60,046 nucleotides of DNA, filler included, from Hausera hauseri (GCA_046269625.1; 8 parts of 8 records of this genome joined end to end with filler, not necessarily neighbours in it), one strand, 5' to 3'; counted from the whole stretch's first letter, positions 1-13,300 are shown. The notes: generated by a model from the letters alone, not told the origin. Numbers and translations are program-made.

Positions 1-3000
1 CGGAACTGGTTGCCTCCACAATTTTAACCGACTCAACTCATTGCGGTGAGGCTGAATATGCAGGACTCCGAAACTGGTTGTCTCCAAAATATTTTCCGAC
101 TCAACTCATTGCGGTGAGTCCGAATATGCAGGTGTTCGAAACTGGCTGTCTCCAAAATATTTTTTGACTCAACACATTGCGGTGAAGCCGAATATGCAGG
201 TTTTCGAAACTGGCTGTCTACAAAATTTTTTTCAACTCAAATGATTGCGGTGCGGGTTAATGGTCAGGTTTTCGAAACTGGCTCTCTCCAAAATTTTGTC
301 GCTTCAACACATTGCGGTGAAGCCGAATACGCAGACGTCCGGAACTGGTTGCTTCCAAAATTTTTTCCGACTCGACTCATTGAGGTGAATCCGAATATGC
401 AGATGTCCGGAACTGGTTGCCTCCAAAATTTTATCCGACTCAACTCATTTCGGTGAATCCGAATATGCAGATGTCCGGAACTGGTTGTTATCATAATTTT
501 TTCTACTGAAGGAATTGGTGTTAATCTGAATATGCCGGTGTTCGAAACTAGATGTCTCCAAAATTTTTTCCGACTCAACTCATTTCGGTGAATCCAAATA
601 CGCAGATGTCCGGAACTGGTTGCTCCCATAATTTTATCCGACTCAACTCATTGTGGTGCGGCCTAATGTGCAGGTTTTCGAAACTGTCTGTCTCCGAAAA
701 TTTTTCGACTCAACTAATTGCGATGTGGCTGAATATGCAGGACATCGAAACTGACTGTCTCCAAAATTTTACCCGACTCAACTCATTGCTGTGAATCCGA
801 ATATGCAGATATCCGGAACTAGCTGCTTCGATAATTTTATCCGACTCAACTTATTCCGGTGAATACGAGTATGCAGATGTCCGGAACTGGTTGTCTCCAT
901 AATTTTTTCGACTGAAACCATTGGTGTGAGTCCGAATATGCGGGTGTTCGAAACTGGCTATATCCAAAATTTTTTCCGACTCAACTCATTGCGGTGAGTC
1001 CGAATATGCAGGTGTTCGATACTGGCTGTCTCCAAAATATTTTCCGACTCAACGCATTGCGGTGAAGCCGAATATGCAGGTGTTCGACACCGGCTGTCTA
1101 CAAATTTTTTTTCGACTCAAATAATTGCGGTGCGGCCTGATGGGCAGGTGTTCGAAAATTGCTGACTACAAAATTTTTTTTGACTCAACTCGTTGCGGTG
1201 AAGCCGAATATGCAGACGTCCGGAACTGGTTGACTCCAAAATTTTTTCCGACCCAACTCATTGCCGTGAATCCGAATATGCAGATGCCCGGAACTGGTTC
1301 TCTCCATAATATTTTGGACTGAAGCCATTGGTGTGAGTCCGAATATGCGAATGTTCGAAATTGGTTGTCTCCAAAATATTTTCCGACTCAACTACTTGGT
1401 GTGAATCCGAATATGCAGATGTTCGGAACTGGTTGCCTCCACAATTTTAACCGACTCAACTCATTGCGGTGAGGCTGAATATGCAGGACTCCGAAACTGG
1501 CTGTCGCCAAAATATTTTTTGACTCAACGCATTGCGGTGAAGCCGAATATGCAGGTGTTCAAAACTGGCTCTCTCCAAAATTTTGTCGCTTCAACACATT
1601 GAGGTGAATCCGAATATGCAGATGGTCGGAACTGGTTGTTATCATAATTTTTTCTACTGAAGGAATTGGTGTTAATCTGAATATGCCGATGTTCGAAACT
1701 GGATGTCTCCAAAATTTTTTCAGACTCAACTTATTTCGGTGAATCCGAATACGCAGATGTCCGGAACTGGTTGCTTCTATAATTTTATCCGACTCAACTC
1801 ACTGCTGTGAATCCGAATATGCAGATATCCGAAACTGGTTGTCTCCATAATTTTTTCGACTGAAGCCACTGGTGCGAGTCCGAATATGCACGTGTTCGAA
1901 ACTGTCTGTCTCCAAAATTTTTTTCGACTCAACTAATTGCGGTGTGGCTGAATATGCAGGACTTCGAAACTGACTGTCTCCAAAATTTTATCCGACCCAA
2001 CTCATTCCGGTAAATACGAGTATGCAGATGTCCGGAACTGGTTGTCTCCATAATTTTTTCGACTGAAGCCACTGGTGTGAGTCCGAATATACGGGTGTTC
2101 GAAACTGGTTGTCTCCAAAATATTTTCGGACTCAACTCCTCGCCGTGAATCCGAATATGCAGATGTCCGGAACTGGTTGCCTCCACAATTTTATTCGACT
2201 CAACTCATAGCGGTGAGGCTGAATATGCAGGACTCCGAAACTGGCTGTCTCCAAAATTTTTTCCGACCCAACTCATTGCGGAGAATACGAATATGCAGAT
2301 GTACGGAACTGGTTTTTTCCATTATTTTATCCGACTCAACACATGGCGGTGAATCCGAATATGCAGATATCCGGAACTGGTGGTTTCCATAATTTTTTCG
2401 ACTGAAGCCATTGGTGTAAGTCCGAATATGCAGGTGTTCGAAAGTGGCTGTCTCCAAAATTTTTTTCGACTCAACTCATTTTGGTGAATCCGAATATGCA
2501 GGTGTTCGAAACTGGCTGTCTCGAACATTTTATCCAACTCTACTCATTGAGGTGAGTCCGAATATGCAGGTGTTTGGAGCTGTTTGTCTCCAAAATTTTT
2601 TCCGACTCAACTGATTGGAGTGAGTAAGAATATGCAGGTTTTCCAAACTGACTGTCTCCAAAATTTTTTTCGACTCAACTCATTGTTGTGCGACCTAATT
2701 GGGCAGGTTTTCTAAACTGGCTCTCTCCAAAAATTTTTCCGACTCAACTCATGGCGGTGAATCCGAATATGCAGATGTCCGTAACTGGTTGCCTCAAAAA
2801 TTTTTTCCGACCCAACTCATGGCGGTGAATCCGAATATGCAGATGTCCGGAACTGCTTGTCTCGAAAATTTTTTCGACTGAAGCCATTGGTGTGAGTCCG
2901 AATATGCCGGTGTTCGAAAGTGGCTGTCTACAAAATTTTTTTCCACTCAACTAATTTCAGTGAGTCCGAATATGCAGCTGTTCGAAACTGGGTGTCCTAA

Positions 3001-5617
3001 TAATTTATTTCGACTCAACTCATTGCGCTGAACCCGAGTGTACCGGTGTGCCAAATTGGCTGTCTCCAACATTTTATCCGACTCAACTCATTGCCGTGAA
3101 TTTAAATAAGCAGGTGTCCGTAACTGGTGGTCTCTACAATTTTATGCGACTCAACTCATTGCGGTGAGGCCGAATATTTAGGTCTTCAAAAGTTGCTTTC
3201 TCCAAAATTTTTTCCGACTCAACTCATTGCGGTGAATCCGAATATGCAGATGTCCGGAACTGGTTGTCTCCAAAATTTTTTCCGACTCAACTCATTGCGG
3301 TGAATCCGAATATGCGGGTGTTCGAAACTGACTGTCTCCATAATTTTTTCGACTGAAACAATTGGTGTGAGTCCGAGTATGCACGTGTTCAAAACTGGCT
3401 GTCGCCATAATATTTTTGACTGAAGTCATTGGTGTGAGTCCGTATATGTACATGTTCGAAACTGGCTGTATCCAAAATTTTTTTCGACTCAACTCATTGC
3501 GGTGAATCCGAATAAGCAGGTGTACGTAACTGGTTAACTCCAAAATTTTGTCCCTTCAACACATTGCGGTGAAGCCGAATATGCAGGTGTTCGGAACTGG
3601 TTGTCTCCAAAATTTTATGTGACTTTACTCATTGCGGTGAATCCGAATATGCAGATGTCCGGAACTTGTGGCCTCCATAATTTTATCCGATTCAACTCCT
3701 TGCGGTGAATCCTAATATTCGGATGTACGGAACTGGTTGTCGCCATAATTTTTTCGATTGAAGCCATTGGTGTGAGTCCGAATATGCACGTGTTCAAAAC
3801 TGGTTGTCTCCATAATTTTTTCGACTGAAGCCATTGGTGTGAGTCCGTATATGCAGGTGTTCAAAACTGGGTGTCTCCAAAATTATTTCTCACTCAACTC
3901 ATTGCGGTGAATCCGAATAAGCAGGTGTCCAGAACTGTTTGTCACCAAAATTTTTTCCTACTAAACTCCTAGCGGTGAATCCGAATATGCAGATGTCCGG
4001 AACTGGTTGCCTCCACAATTTTATCCGACTTAACTTATTTAGTTGATGCCGAATATGCAGAGGTCCGGAAGTGGTTGCCTCCACAATTTTATCCGACTCA
4101 ACTCATTGCGGTGACGCTAAATATGCAGAACTCCGAAACTGGTTATCTCCAAAATATTTTTTTGAATTAAATCATTGCGGTGAATCCGAATATGCAGATG
4201 TCCGGAAGTGGTTGCCTCCAAAATTTTATCCGACTTAACTTATTTATGTGATGCCGAATATACAGATGTCCGGAAGTGGTTGACTCCAAAATTTTTTCCG
4301 ACTCAACTCATTGCGGTGAATCCGAATATGCAGATGTCCGCAACTGGTTGCCTGCATAATTTTTTCCGACTAAACTCGTTGCGGTGAATACGAATATGCA
4401 CGTGTTCGAAACTGGTTATCTCCAAAATTTTTTTTGACTCAACTCATTGCGGTGAGTCCGAATATGCACGTGTTCGAAACTGGCTGTCTCCAAAATATTT
4501 TCCGACTCAACGCATTGCGGTGAGTCCGAATATGCAGGTGTTCGTAACCGGCTGTCTCCAAAATTTTTTTCGACTCAACTCATTTCGGTGAGTCCGAATA
4601 TGCAGGTGTTCAAAACTGGCTGTCTCCAAAATTTTTTTCGACTCAACTCATTTCGGTGAGTCCGAATATGCAGGTGTTCGAAACCGGCTGTCTCCAAAAT
4701 TTTTTTCGACTCAATTCATTGCGGAGCGGGCTAATGGGCAGGTTTTCAAAACCAGCTGTCTCCAAATTTTTTTTCGACCCAACTAATTGCGGTGCGGCCT
4801 AATGGGCAGGTGTTCGAAAATTGCTGTCTACAAAATTTTTTCCGACTCAACTCATTGCGATGAATCCGAATACGCAGATGTCCGGAACTGGTTGCTTCCA
4901 TAATTTTATCCGACTCAACTCATTTCGGTGCGGCTTAATGTGCAGGTATTCGAAACTGTCTGTCTCCAAAATTTTTTTCGACTCAACTCATTGCGCTGAG
5001 GCTGAATATGCAGGACTTCGAAACTGACTGTCTCTAAAATTTTTTCCGACTCAAATCATTGCGGTGAATGCGAATATGCAGATGTCCGGAACTGGTTGTC
5101 TCCATAATTTTTTCGATTGAAACCAATTGTGTGATTCAGAATATGAAGGTTTTCGAAATTGGCTGTTTCCAAAATTTTTTTCGACTCAACTCATTGCGGT
5201 AAGTCCGAATATGCAGGTGTTCGAAACTGGCTGTCTCCAAACTATTTTCCAACTCAACGCATTGCGGTGAAGCCGAATATGCAGGTGTTCGAAACCGGCT
5301 GTCTCCAAAATTTTTTTCGACTCAATTCATTGCGGTGCGGGCTAATGGGCAGGTTTTCGAAACCGGCTGTCTCCAAAATTTTTTTCGACTCAACTCATTG
5401 CGGTGAATGCGAATATGCAGATGTCCGGAACTGGTTGTCTCCATAATTTTTTCGACTGAAACCATTGGTGTGATTCAGAATATGAAGGTTTTCGAAATTG
5501 GCTGTTTCCAAAATTTTTTTCGACTCAACTCATTGCGGTGAGTCCGAATATGCAGGTGTTCGAAACTGGCTGTCTCCAAACTATTTTCCAACTCAACGCA
5601 TTGCGGTGAAGCCGAAT
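1..5617. repeat. Tandem satellite, ~67-68 bp monomer, about 82 diverged copies
   Basis: CG(A/G)AACTGG recurs at 1, 69, 137, 205, 273, 340 and onward. Approximate consensus CGAAACTGGCTGTCTCCAAAATTTTTTTCGACTCAACTCATTGCGGTGAATCCGAATATGCAGGTGTT. Fills the entire contig. Confidence 0.97.
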
Positions 5618-5717
5618 NNNNNNNNNNNNNNNNNNNNNNNNNNNNNNNNNNNNNNNNNNNNTTAATTAATTAANNNNNNNNNNNNNNNNNNNNNNNNNNN
5701 NNNNNNNNNNNNNNNNN
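5618..5717. other. Artificial contig spacer (N44-TTAATTAATTAA-N44); identical spacers at 10203-10302, 21252-21351, 30770-30869, 35294-35393, 40963-41062 and 45138-45237
   Basis: Fixed 100-nt length with a six-frame stop cassette, repeated seven times. Confidence 0.99.
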
Positions 5718-5800
5718 TCCGCTTTTAGCGTCACCTCTGCAAGATAGTTACGGCGTTTCCTTTTATTCATTTCCTCATAGTTCCTTACCGTGCATATTTT

Positions 5801-7836
5801 TCAGGAGATTCTCGCCCTTATTTCAAACTTAAAACGAAAAGAAAAGGAGCCGAAAACGAGGAGACGGACATAAAGACACTCGAAGACAACTGAATTACGT
5901 GGTTTATGTTTGCTGATCAAGGTGCAGAGCACAAACAACGCTCTGCTACCATAAAATGGAAAATTTATACAATTTATTTGTGACAATTTTATTCTAGAAC
6001 TATGAGTATTATCTTTAAAATAGGAAACTCTATCTGCTAAAATGTCGGCCCCATTAAAATATAAACCCACGTCTACCAAATTTCTGCCAAGTCCGACTAA
6101 TTTCCGATTCAATTTACAGAATATTTCATCCCCAAACAAACTTTCTTTCAACATTAACTCCTTTGGATTTATAAGAGGTTTATATTGATGAGTACTTTCT
6201 ATTATTTGTGTCACATCGTGATCTGAGTTTGCATATATTACCTTTATCGTAGTTCGAAACGTTTCTGCTCCCTTATTGTGAAATTTTATCTTTCCCATCT
6301 TTCCATCCATCCCAAAACCCGCAATCCCCGATTTTCTAACCCTTTTAATTATTCGAGTACCATTAATCAACATACCTTGATATAAAAAGATATTACTTTT
6401 ATCATGGCAGATAATTTTAACTATTACCATTTTATTCACAAACACATTCACAACGCGGCTTATATCAACAATCGAAATAATGAATGAACAAAAACAACAA
6501 GAACGACTGTAATTAATGGTACCTCTAAAACTTTGAAAATGTCCTTTCACATTGACGTTTTCGTCGACCACCTTCCCGGAATCATCTCTCTCAACAAATA
6601 CGGGTTCATGGGTATCCGTTGGGGCGATATCTCCCCGAACAAGTATTAATGTCTTAGACGCATGAGCTATACTCTTTTCGGTATGATCTTCAAGTAGATT
6701 AAGACCTTTCACACCAATATTTTCGACCATGATTTGAGGATCTTCGGATTTAAGAAACCACGAGTGTTTTACTAAGAACGCAATTTCTTCCCCAGAAATT
6801 CCACATAAGCACTCAAATTCAACTAGAATTTCCTTTTTTGAAGTTTGTAATAAATAGATCTTAAGGTTTATTGGGACTCCTTTCGTTAATTGATTATAAT
6901 TGATACATGCGGTGACACTATATGTACATTCATAATGTTTTAACGCGTATTTTATAGTCTCTTCGTCGTCTATAGGTTTCGATGCATTAAGAGATCTTGC
7001 CCCCGTCGGTGGTATCTGCTTTTCATTTGAAATCCACCTGATTTTGTTTTCGCCTTCAATATTTATCTTCTGTTCCTTTAATTCTTCTAAGAATATCAGG
7101 GCTCTTACGTCTAGAAGTGGTTGGAAAACGAAAGGAAATCTAATTCGCAATGAATCCGTCACCTCAATGAAAGACGTACCACACCCTTTCATTTTTTGCA
7201 TTCTGCATACATCCGTAATGTTTTTAATAGGTATTCATGTTGTCGAGTCGTCCAGATACGATACGTTGAGACGGTAGATGTAACTCACAGATATTTCGTT
7301 TAAGATTCCAATACTCCTCGACGTTAATAATCTAGGATATTTAATATCAATAACATCCAGTAATCGTGGAAATAAACCGTATGACGACCAACAGTTTGGA
7401 AGGTACTTCAAAACCTGGCTGTTGATCGGTTTTTTATCACCCTTTTGAAAGGTACCCGAATACCTCACTCCATTTTGTTGAAAAGACGAACCACCCACAG
7501 CTTCACATGATTCATCATCCTTTGACAGGCTGATCTTGTCAATGATTTTGTTATCAAGTTTGACCTTACTCATTTCAAAACGAATTAACAACGGCATTGA
7601 ATCGTACATAAGAGCATCATGGTGAACGGAATACAATTCGTCTGTAGACATCGTCTGAGCCCATTCTTTTTCCAGCCTTTTCATCGAATTCGTATATTTC
7701 TTAGAATCTGCCTTGAAATTGTCTTTTCCAAAACCTTTTTAAGTCTTTCTTTCGACTAGAATCTCATGATAAAACACTTTAGAATATCGTACATTTTGAA
7801 GTATATTTTTAAAATTTTTTTCATCGATTCTCGTTA
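5801..7836 (-). pseudogene. Long intronless ORF of unknown family (~650 codons) broken by in-frame stops
   Basis: ORFs 7235..7684 and 5801..7201 are in the same frame, separated by one TGA and 11 sense codons. The frame continues upstream across one TAA (...VFYHEILVERKT*KGFGKDNFK...). No motif recognised. Confidence 0.55.
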
Positions 7837-9275
7837 ATTATTATTTAATTCAATTTATTTTCTTGACTTTAATAGTCAATTCCACTCAATGCCTCTAATG
7901 GAAACCACCATTACCATATATACAATCCTGAATTAGTTCTCAATTATCCGTGTTACAACCAAGCAGGAGGGTCGAAATTCAAAATCAAGCTGACATAATT
8001 CAGATTTTTATACATGCGAATTTTTATATGACTGTACTGATAGTTAAGTAGACATATCATATGTTATCATAACATAATTAACCTATGGAGATGTTGATAG
8101 AATTAAAATACTGATATTTTATGAAATTTTGGAATTCTTCTGCACTTATTTAATTGTATCAATTGTAATTTGATGATTGACAGATAACTTTGATAAATAT
8201 AAGGCAACTGATATGTTTTAAGTTGCAGATTCTTTAAGTTGATATTTCATTCTCTTCCGATTCAAAATTTATGTCGATTTATTCATGGTCTTGAATTTGT
8301 ATTACTTATATCAGGACAGATTGAGTTGTGTCGTAGAGCTCCGTCTTATGTGACAATTATCGACTCGTTTGTGAGGAGTATCGGAACGTTAACAATTAGT
8401 ATCATCACCCACTCACCTTTCGATCATCAAACAAAACCGCGTCGTGTTATGATGTCATCCTCTCACGCATTTTACTATTTTTATCACACGTCAAACACAC
8501 TTTGAAATACACACCTGTCTTTTTTTGAATATGTTCCATCATATAAATAATAATACAAAGTGAATTGAATGTACAATGTGCGTACGTACAATCAACATTT
8601 TTACACATGTATACATATACACATACATAAATCTCCAGTCTATGATCAAGTATACAATCCACACCTCGACACATTCACATCTATTATGTAATGGTATATA
8701 ATTAGGTATTTGATTAGTTATCATAATTTACTAGTTCAGTTTTATGATATTCCCCCTTCTATATGATAACCCAGCTGACTTGATCGTCTGTTTTTCAACA
8801 ATTTCTTCATGTCTATATCGTTTCCTAAAGAACGTTTTGTACCTTTGAGTGTACCTTTTTTATGATATTTATTCCCGTAATCACCGAACATATCTCTTTC
8901 TCTCGCGACTTATTTACATACAATTGAACTTTAATAATTTTCAATGTTCCTATTATATTTTTGGCGAATGTCGTCGTCCTTTGTTTTCCCAAATGTCGTC
9001 GGGAATTATTTGCACCTATATTTGTTCACAACATTTCTTTATTGTATCACGTCTTCTTACATATTCAAGTACATCTTTCTTCAAATAAACCTTATTACAG
9101 ACAATTGACATCTTAAAACACAAACTCTTATATACAATAAACATCTAACATCAACAATTTACACACCCCGTTCAACCCATATATGAACACATATACATGC
9201 ATATATATACTAGGTACAGTTTTATGTCTATCCTTCACTCTCACTTAACCCTTTGAAATTGATCGGATTGCCCAA

Positions 9276-10089
9276 CTAAACAATTGGGTTCCAACAAGTC
9301 GATTGACAGTAAAATGTCGTCTTGAAGAGTCTCAATTCTTTTGCAAAATTCTGCAAGCCAAGTCTGTCACCTGTAAGTAATGCCAGAGCCGATATCAAAC
9401 TACTTTCCGTCATGTCCATATTTAAAGCTGCAATTCGTCGGGAAAACGTGTGAACCGGCTCAACAAATTTGTTAACTTTGTAATCATTTTTCGTTATCAA
9501 AAAGCCAGTTGGAAGTCTCAAAGATTGAACATTTGCGTCATAGTCAACCGAATTTCGAAGAGTAATTATGTTGAAGCAAGCATGTTTCAAAAGAACAATT
9601 TAATTGTTCATATTTAACGAGTAAAAACCGGGCAAGTGATAGGAAGAACTAAAGACTTTTCGCATAATTGATTCAACTATTACCGACGGAAAGTTGAACA
9701 CGGTACTGCGATTAAATTTTGTTGCTTGAATGCTGTTGTCATCAACAGTATCACACTTTATTATCAGCCTCGTTGATTTTAACGTGCCACAAGGAGATCT
9801 GGATATTTTAATTCCAACTTTCGAGGGGAGTCAGACCCGACTAAGTGTCCGAAGCGACGGGAACGGACGCCCGGTCGTGCCCAACCAAATGGGCCAAAGG
9901 GCACCGGCCGCTGTGGGCATCACAATCATGTTCATCATTATTTGTATCGAATCTGTAAGACAAATTCAAATTCTCACGATATTCCTTCAAACTTTGTTGA
10001 AAATCTTTGCGAACTTTACTATCAGAAATAAACGATGCCACTTCATGACCTATGAGAGATACCAATTGCCAAATGTCGAAAAAACTCAT
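9276..10089 (-). pseudogene. Nuclear hormone receptor ligand-binding domain (NR1-like), disrupted
   Basis: Manual translation ...HLPGFYSLNMNN*IVLLKHACFNIITLR...FVEPVHTFSRRIAALNMDMTESSLISALALLTGDRLGLQN matches the LBD signature LPGFxxLxxxDQIxLLK and the helix 8-9 motif L.LD.TE..LL.A..LL..DR.GL. TAA (9600-9602) replaces the conserved Gln. A 106-bp insertion occupies 9819-9924. No zinc-finger DBD seen. Confidence 0.85.
9819..9924 (-). mobile_element. Solo 106-bp terminal unit of the inverted-end Gypsy family
   Basis: Homologous to 19331-19444 (CTAAGTGTCCGA vs CTATGTGTCCGA; CCCGGTCGTGCCCAACCAAATGGGCC vs CCCGGCCATGCCCAACCGAATGGGCC; GGGCATCACA vs GGGCACCACA). Flanked by AAC / ATC. Removal fuses the flanking frames in register. 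Confidence 0.8.
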
Positions 10090-10302
10090 GAAAAGTCAAT
10101 AGTCGTTTCAATCTAACCGTCAAAATCTGAATATTTTAAATTCCACATAAATTCCACGTAAGATCAAAATTCTGTTTGGCGAATTTTAATAATCCACAAA
10201 GGNNNNNNNNNNNNNNNNNNNNNNNNNNNNNNNNNNNNNNNNNNNNTTAATTAATTAANNNNNNNNNNNNNNNNNNNNNNNNNNNNNNNNNNNNNNNNNN
10301 NN

Positions 10303-10379
10303 CTAACCGACCTAGATAAAAAATCAGCAACTAAATTGTTAACTCCGTTAATATGTTTAATATCGAAGTTAAATGTCGA
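10303..10379. repeat. 77-bp exact terminal direct repeat of contig 3 (= 21175-21251)
   Basis: CTAACCGACCTAGATAAAAAATCAG...AAGTTAAATGTCGA begins and ends the contig. Confidence 0.97.
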
Positions 10380-13300
10380 TAAGTATGATATTTGTCGTTT
10401 TTGGCGTGTGGAAAGGTGTTTCATGGCCATGATGTTAAGTAAAGGCTTATGATCTGTTTGTAGGGTGAAATGACGAGCGACAAGCAGGTGTGAAAAGTGC
10501 TTTAAAGCGATAACGATTGCCAATAGTTCTCGATCAAACGTGGAATATCTGGTTTCAGGTGTTGTAAGCTTGCGGGAGAAAAATTCTACAGGTTGGTTTT
10601 CTCCCTTGTAGATCTGGTGGAGTACAGCGCCTACTGCAATGGTTGAAGCGTCAGTGGCGAAGATTAGCTCTGCATCAGACTTGGAAAAGGCAAGAATATC
10701 AACGGTTTTGATGCCTTCGCTTAGCTTTTCAAATATGTCAACCAGTTCAGGTGTCGACTAAATTGGTTGATGTTTTTTCCCGCCGCTTAAGTGTGCGAAT
10801 GGTGCTGTCAATTCTGAGCAGTATGGGATGTATTTATGTATAAAGTGTAATGTGCCAAGGAAGCTACGCATTTCGGTGGTCGTACGTGGAAATTGGATGT
10901 TTCTAAGAGCTTTGACTCGGTCTGACTGGGGCGAATGACCGTCTGGTGTGATAACGTGGCCCAAGAAGTTAATGCGCGTTTTGAAAAAGTGGCATTTGTC
11001 GACGTTAATCTGGAGATTATGGTGGTAAAGACGTTGGAATATTGCGCGAAGGTGTTCTTCGTGCTGTTTGGCCGACGATGAAACAACTAGAACGTCATCG
11101 ATATAAGGGTGTGCAAATGAGAAATCTGCAAGAATTGAATCGATGTGCAGCTGAAAAGTTTGTGCGGCATTCCCTAAACCGAATGGCATAAATAGATATT
11201 TGTAGAGGCCAAAAGGAGTAGTTACAGCGGTTTTTTCTATGTCTTCGGGTGCTACCGGTATCTGATGGTATGATTTAGCTAAATCAATGGTTAAATAGAT
11301 GGTAGTGGAGTTAAGACGATGCAAGATATCCTTGATAAGTGTTAAAGGATACGCATCCATGATTGTCAAGTTGTTTAGCTGCCGGTAGTCACCGCATGGT
11401 CTAAAGGTACCGTCTTTTTTGTACGACGTGTAACGGTGATGACCAAGGAGATTTGGAACGGCGTACTATGTCGAAACGTTCTAGTTCAAGAAATTCGGCT
11501 TCTACGGCCTGTTTACGACGAGGAGACAGAGGTCGTACCTTTTGACGTATTGGACGTTGATGCTGTATAACTATATGGTGTAGAGTGCTGTTGGCAGGAG
11601 TGAAAGAACGATCTTTTTTAAGTACGCGTGGACTTGATTTGTTGATGAACTGTTGTAAAGTTGTAGGTAACTGTAAGAGATTTGGTGAAGGTGGTGAAAC
11701 GGCTTGAGTAATAGCAGATGCAATTTGTGAGTTGTTAGGTGATGTGCAGTCAAGTGGTATTTGATGTAAGTTGGTTGCATTGAAGATGGTGTTGAATGAA
11801 GTTACTTCACTGAATGGAACAATGTTGGTGGCAGTTCCAAATTCATTGACATCAAATCTCGATCGTATATCCATATTATTGTTTAAAAATTTACGAATAG
11901 AATTATTGTTATAAAAAATCGAATTATTCATAGACTTTTTTAAGATTGATTTCCGCATTTCGGTCGACTGCGCGGTAGTCGAAACGCTATTTACATGTCC
12001 AAAAATGTCGCCAACGGTGCCTTTCCTCAAACACCGCTGACTGCAATCAACCAGTAAGTTGTAGTGTGTGAGAAAGTCAGATCCAAGAATTGTCGACTAG
12101 ACGTTAGCGACTTTGAACGTCCAGTGGAAGGTTGAAAGGACACTCGGCAGAGTGAAAGATAATTTGGTTGTGCCAGAAATGTGCAGCGGTTGGCCTGAAG
12201 CAGTGTATAAGTGTTTGATCTTGAATGGAGTATTTTGTGTGGGAAAAGTTGATGGTAGTAAAGAAATTGCTGCACCTGTATTAATGAGAAAGTCAATAGA
12301 TTGTGTTAAAGTGGCAGTGATTGCAGCCTTTAAAGTAAAGACTGCAAAAGAGACGTTTCTGCGTGCAGAATGTGAAGTAGTGCTTTGACAGAGTTTGCCG
12401 TCACCTCTGGCGGCAAACTTAGTTTTTTGGAAAAGATGAACTGGGACGACTGTGAGAAGTGAAGGCAGTACGTCCGTCATTCGTATTGGATTTGAAAGTG
12501 CAACCGAGGATACATTTACGTGCTTGATTTTTGAATCTAGCATGATAAATGCAAACAACGGTGTCCGAAGAAAACGTCTGGTTGTAAAATTGTCAACCCA
12601 GGCAGCATTCCTGAGAATTAGTGTTGAATCTGCTGTGGTAATAGCAGATCGACGAACGCGCAGGCGATGGTGAGCAGTTTCGTGACGTAGAACGGGAACG
12701 GAACGTGGCAAAACCCCCTCGGTGGGACAGAGACAATTCGTTCAATTTATTGTTGATGTTGTTGATTGTTGCATGTAATGCAATGTTCTCAGCACATAGC
12801 TGGTTAAGTTGTTGTTCAATAGATGTGTTATCGTTAGTGGCAACTGTTGATGAAACGACTGGTGGTGAATTTGCATGTAGGACATCATGTGTCCTATCGG
12901 CCAATTTGGCCAATTTTTCAAGCGTCGTGAAGTCTTTTACCACTGTAAGGAGGGCCCGAATTTGTATAGGTAACGCATTAAGAAAATAGTGACGTAGAAA
13001 ATCTGGGTTGTGCTCCTTAGTGACACCAAAAGTACGCAAGTGTGCTAACGAGGTGCGTAAGAAGTCACTGAGTTTTTGTGTCCCTATGGCATTTTTATTA
13101 AAGAAACGTTGCATTATGAAATCAATTGAAGCATCGGTCTGTTTTAATACAGCGTCGAATAATTGCGTATAAGGGTCAGGGTGTTGAAAGATGTCTAGTA
13201 AGTTATGTATTGAGGCTTTTATGGAACTTGGGAGAAGATAGAGTAAGCTATGGGCTTTAGATAAGGAGTCTGTGATACAGTTAGACTGTAACCAGAGTTG

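Noticed and set aside
1-5617. CRISPR array or repeat-protein ORFs
   Set aside because: The whole monomer repeats with no unique spacers and no cas genes. Short ORFs appear in all frames on both strands, as expected for a satellite.
5661-5672. TTAATTAATTAA as a biological motif
   Set aside because: Identical six-frame stop linker centred in every N gap.
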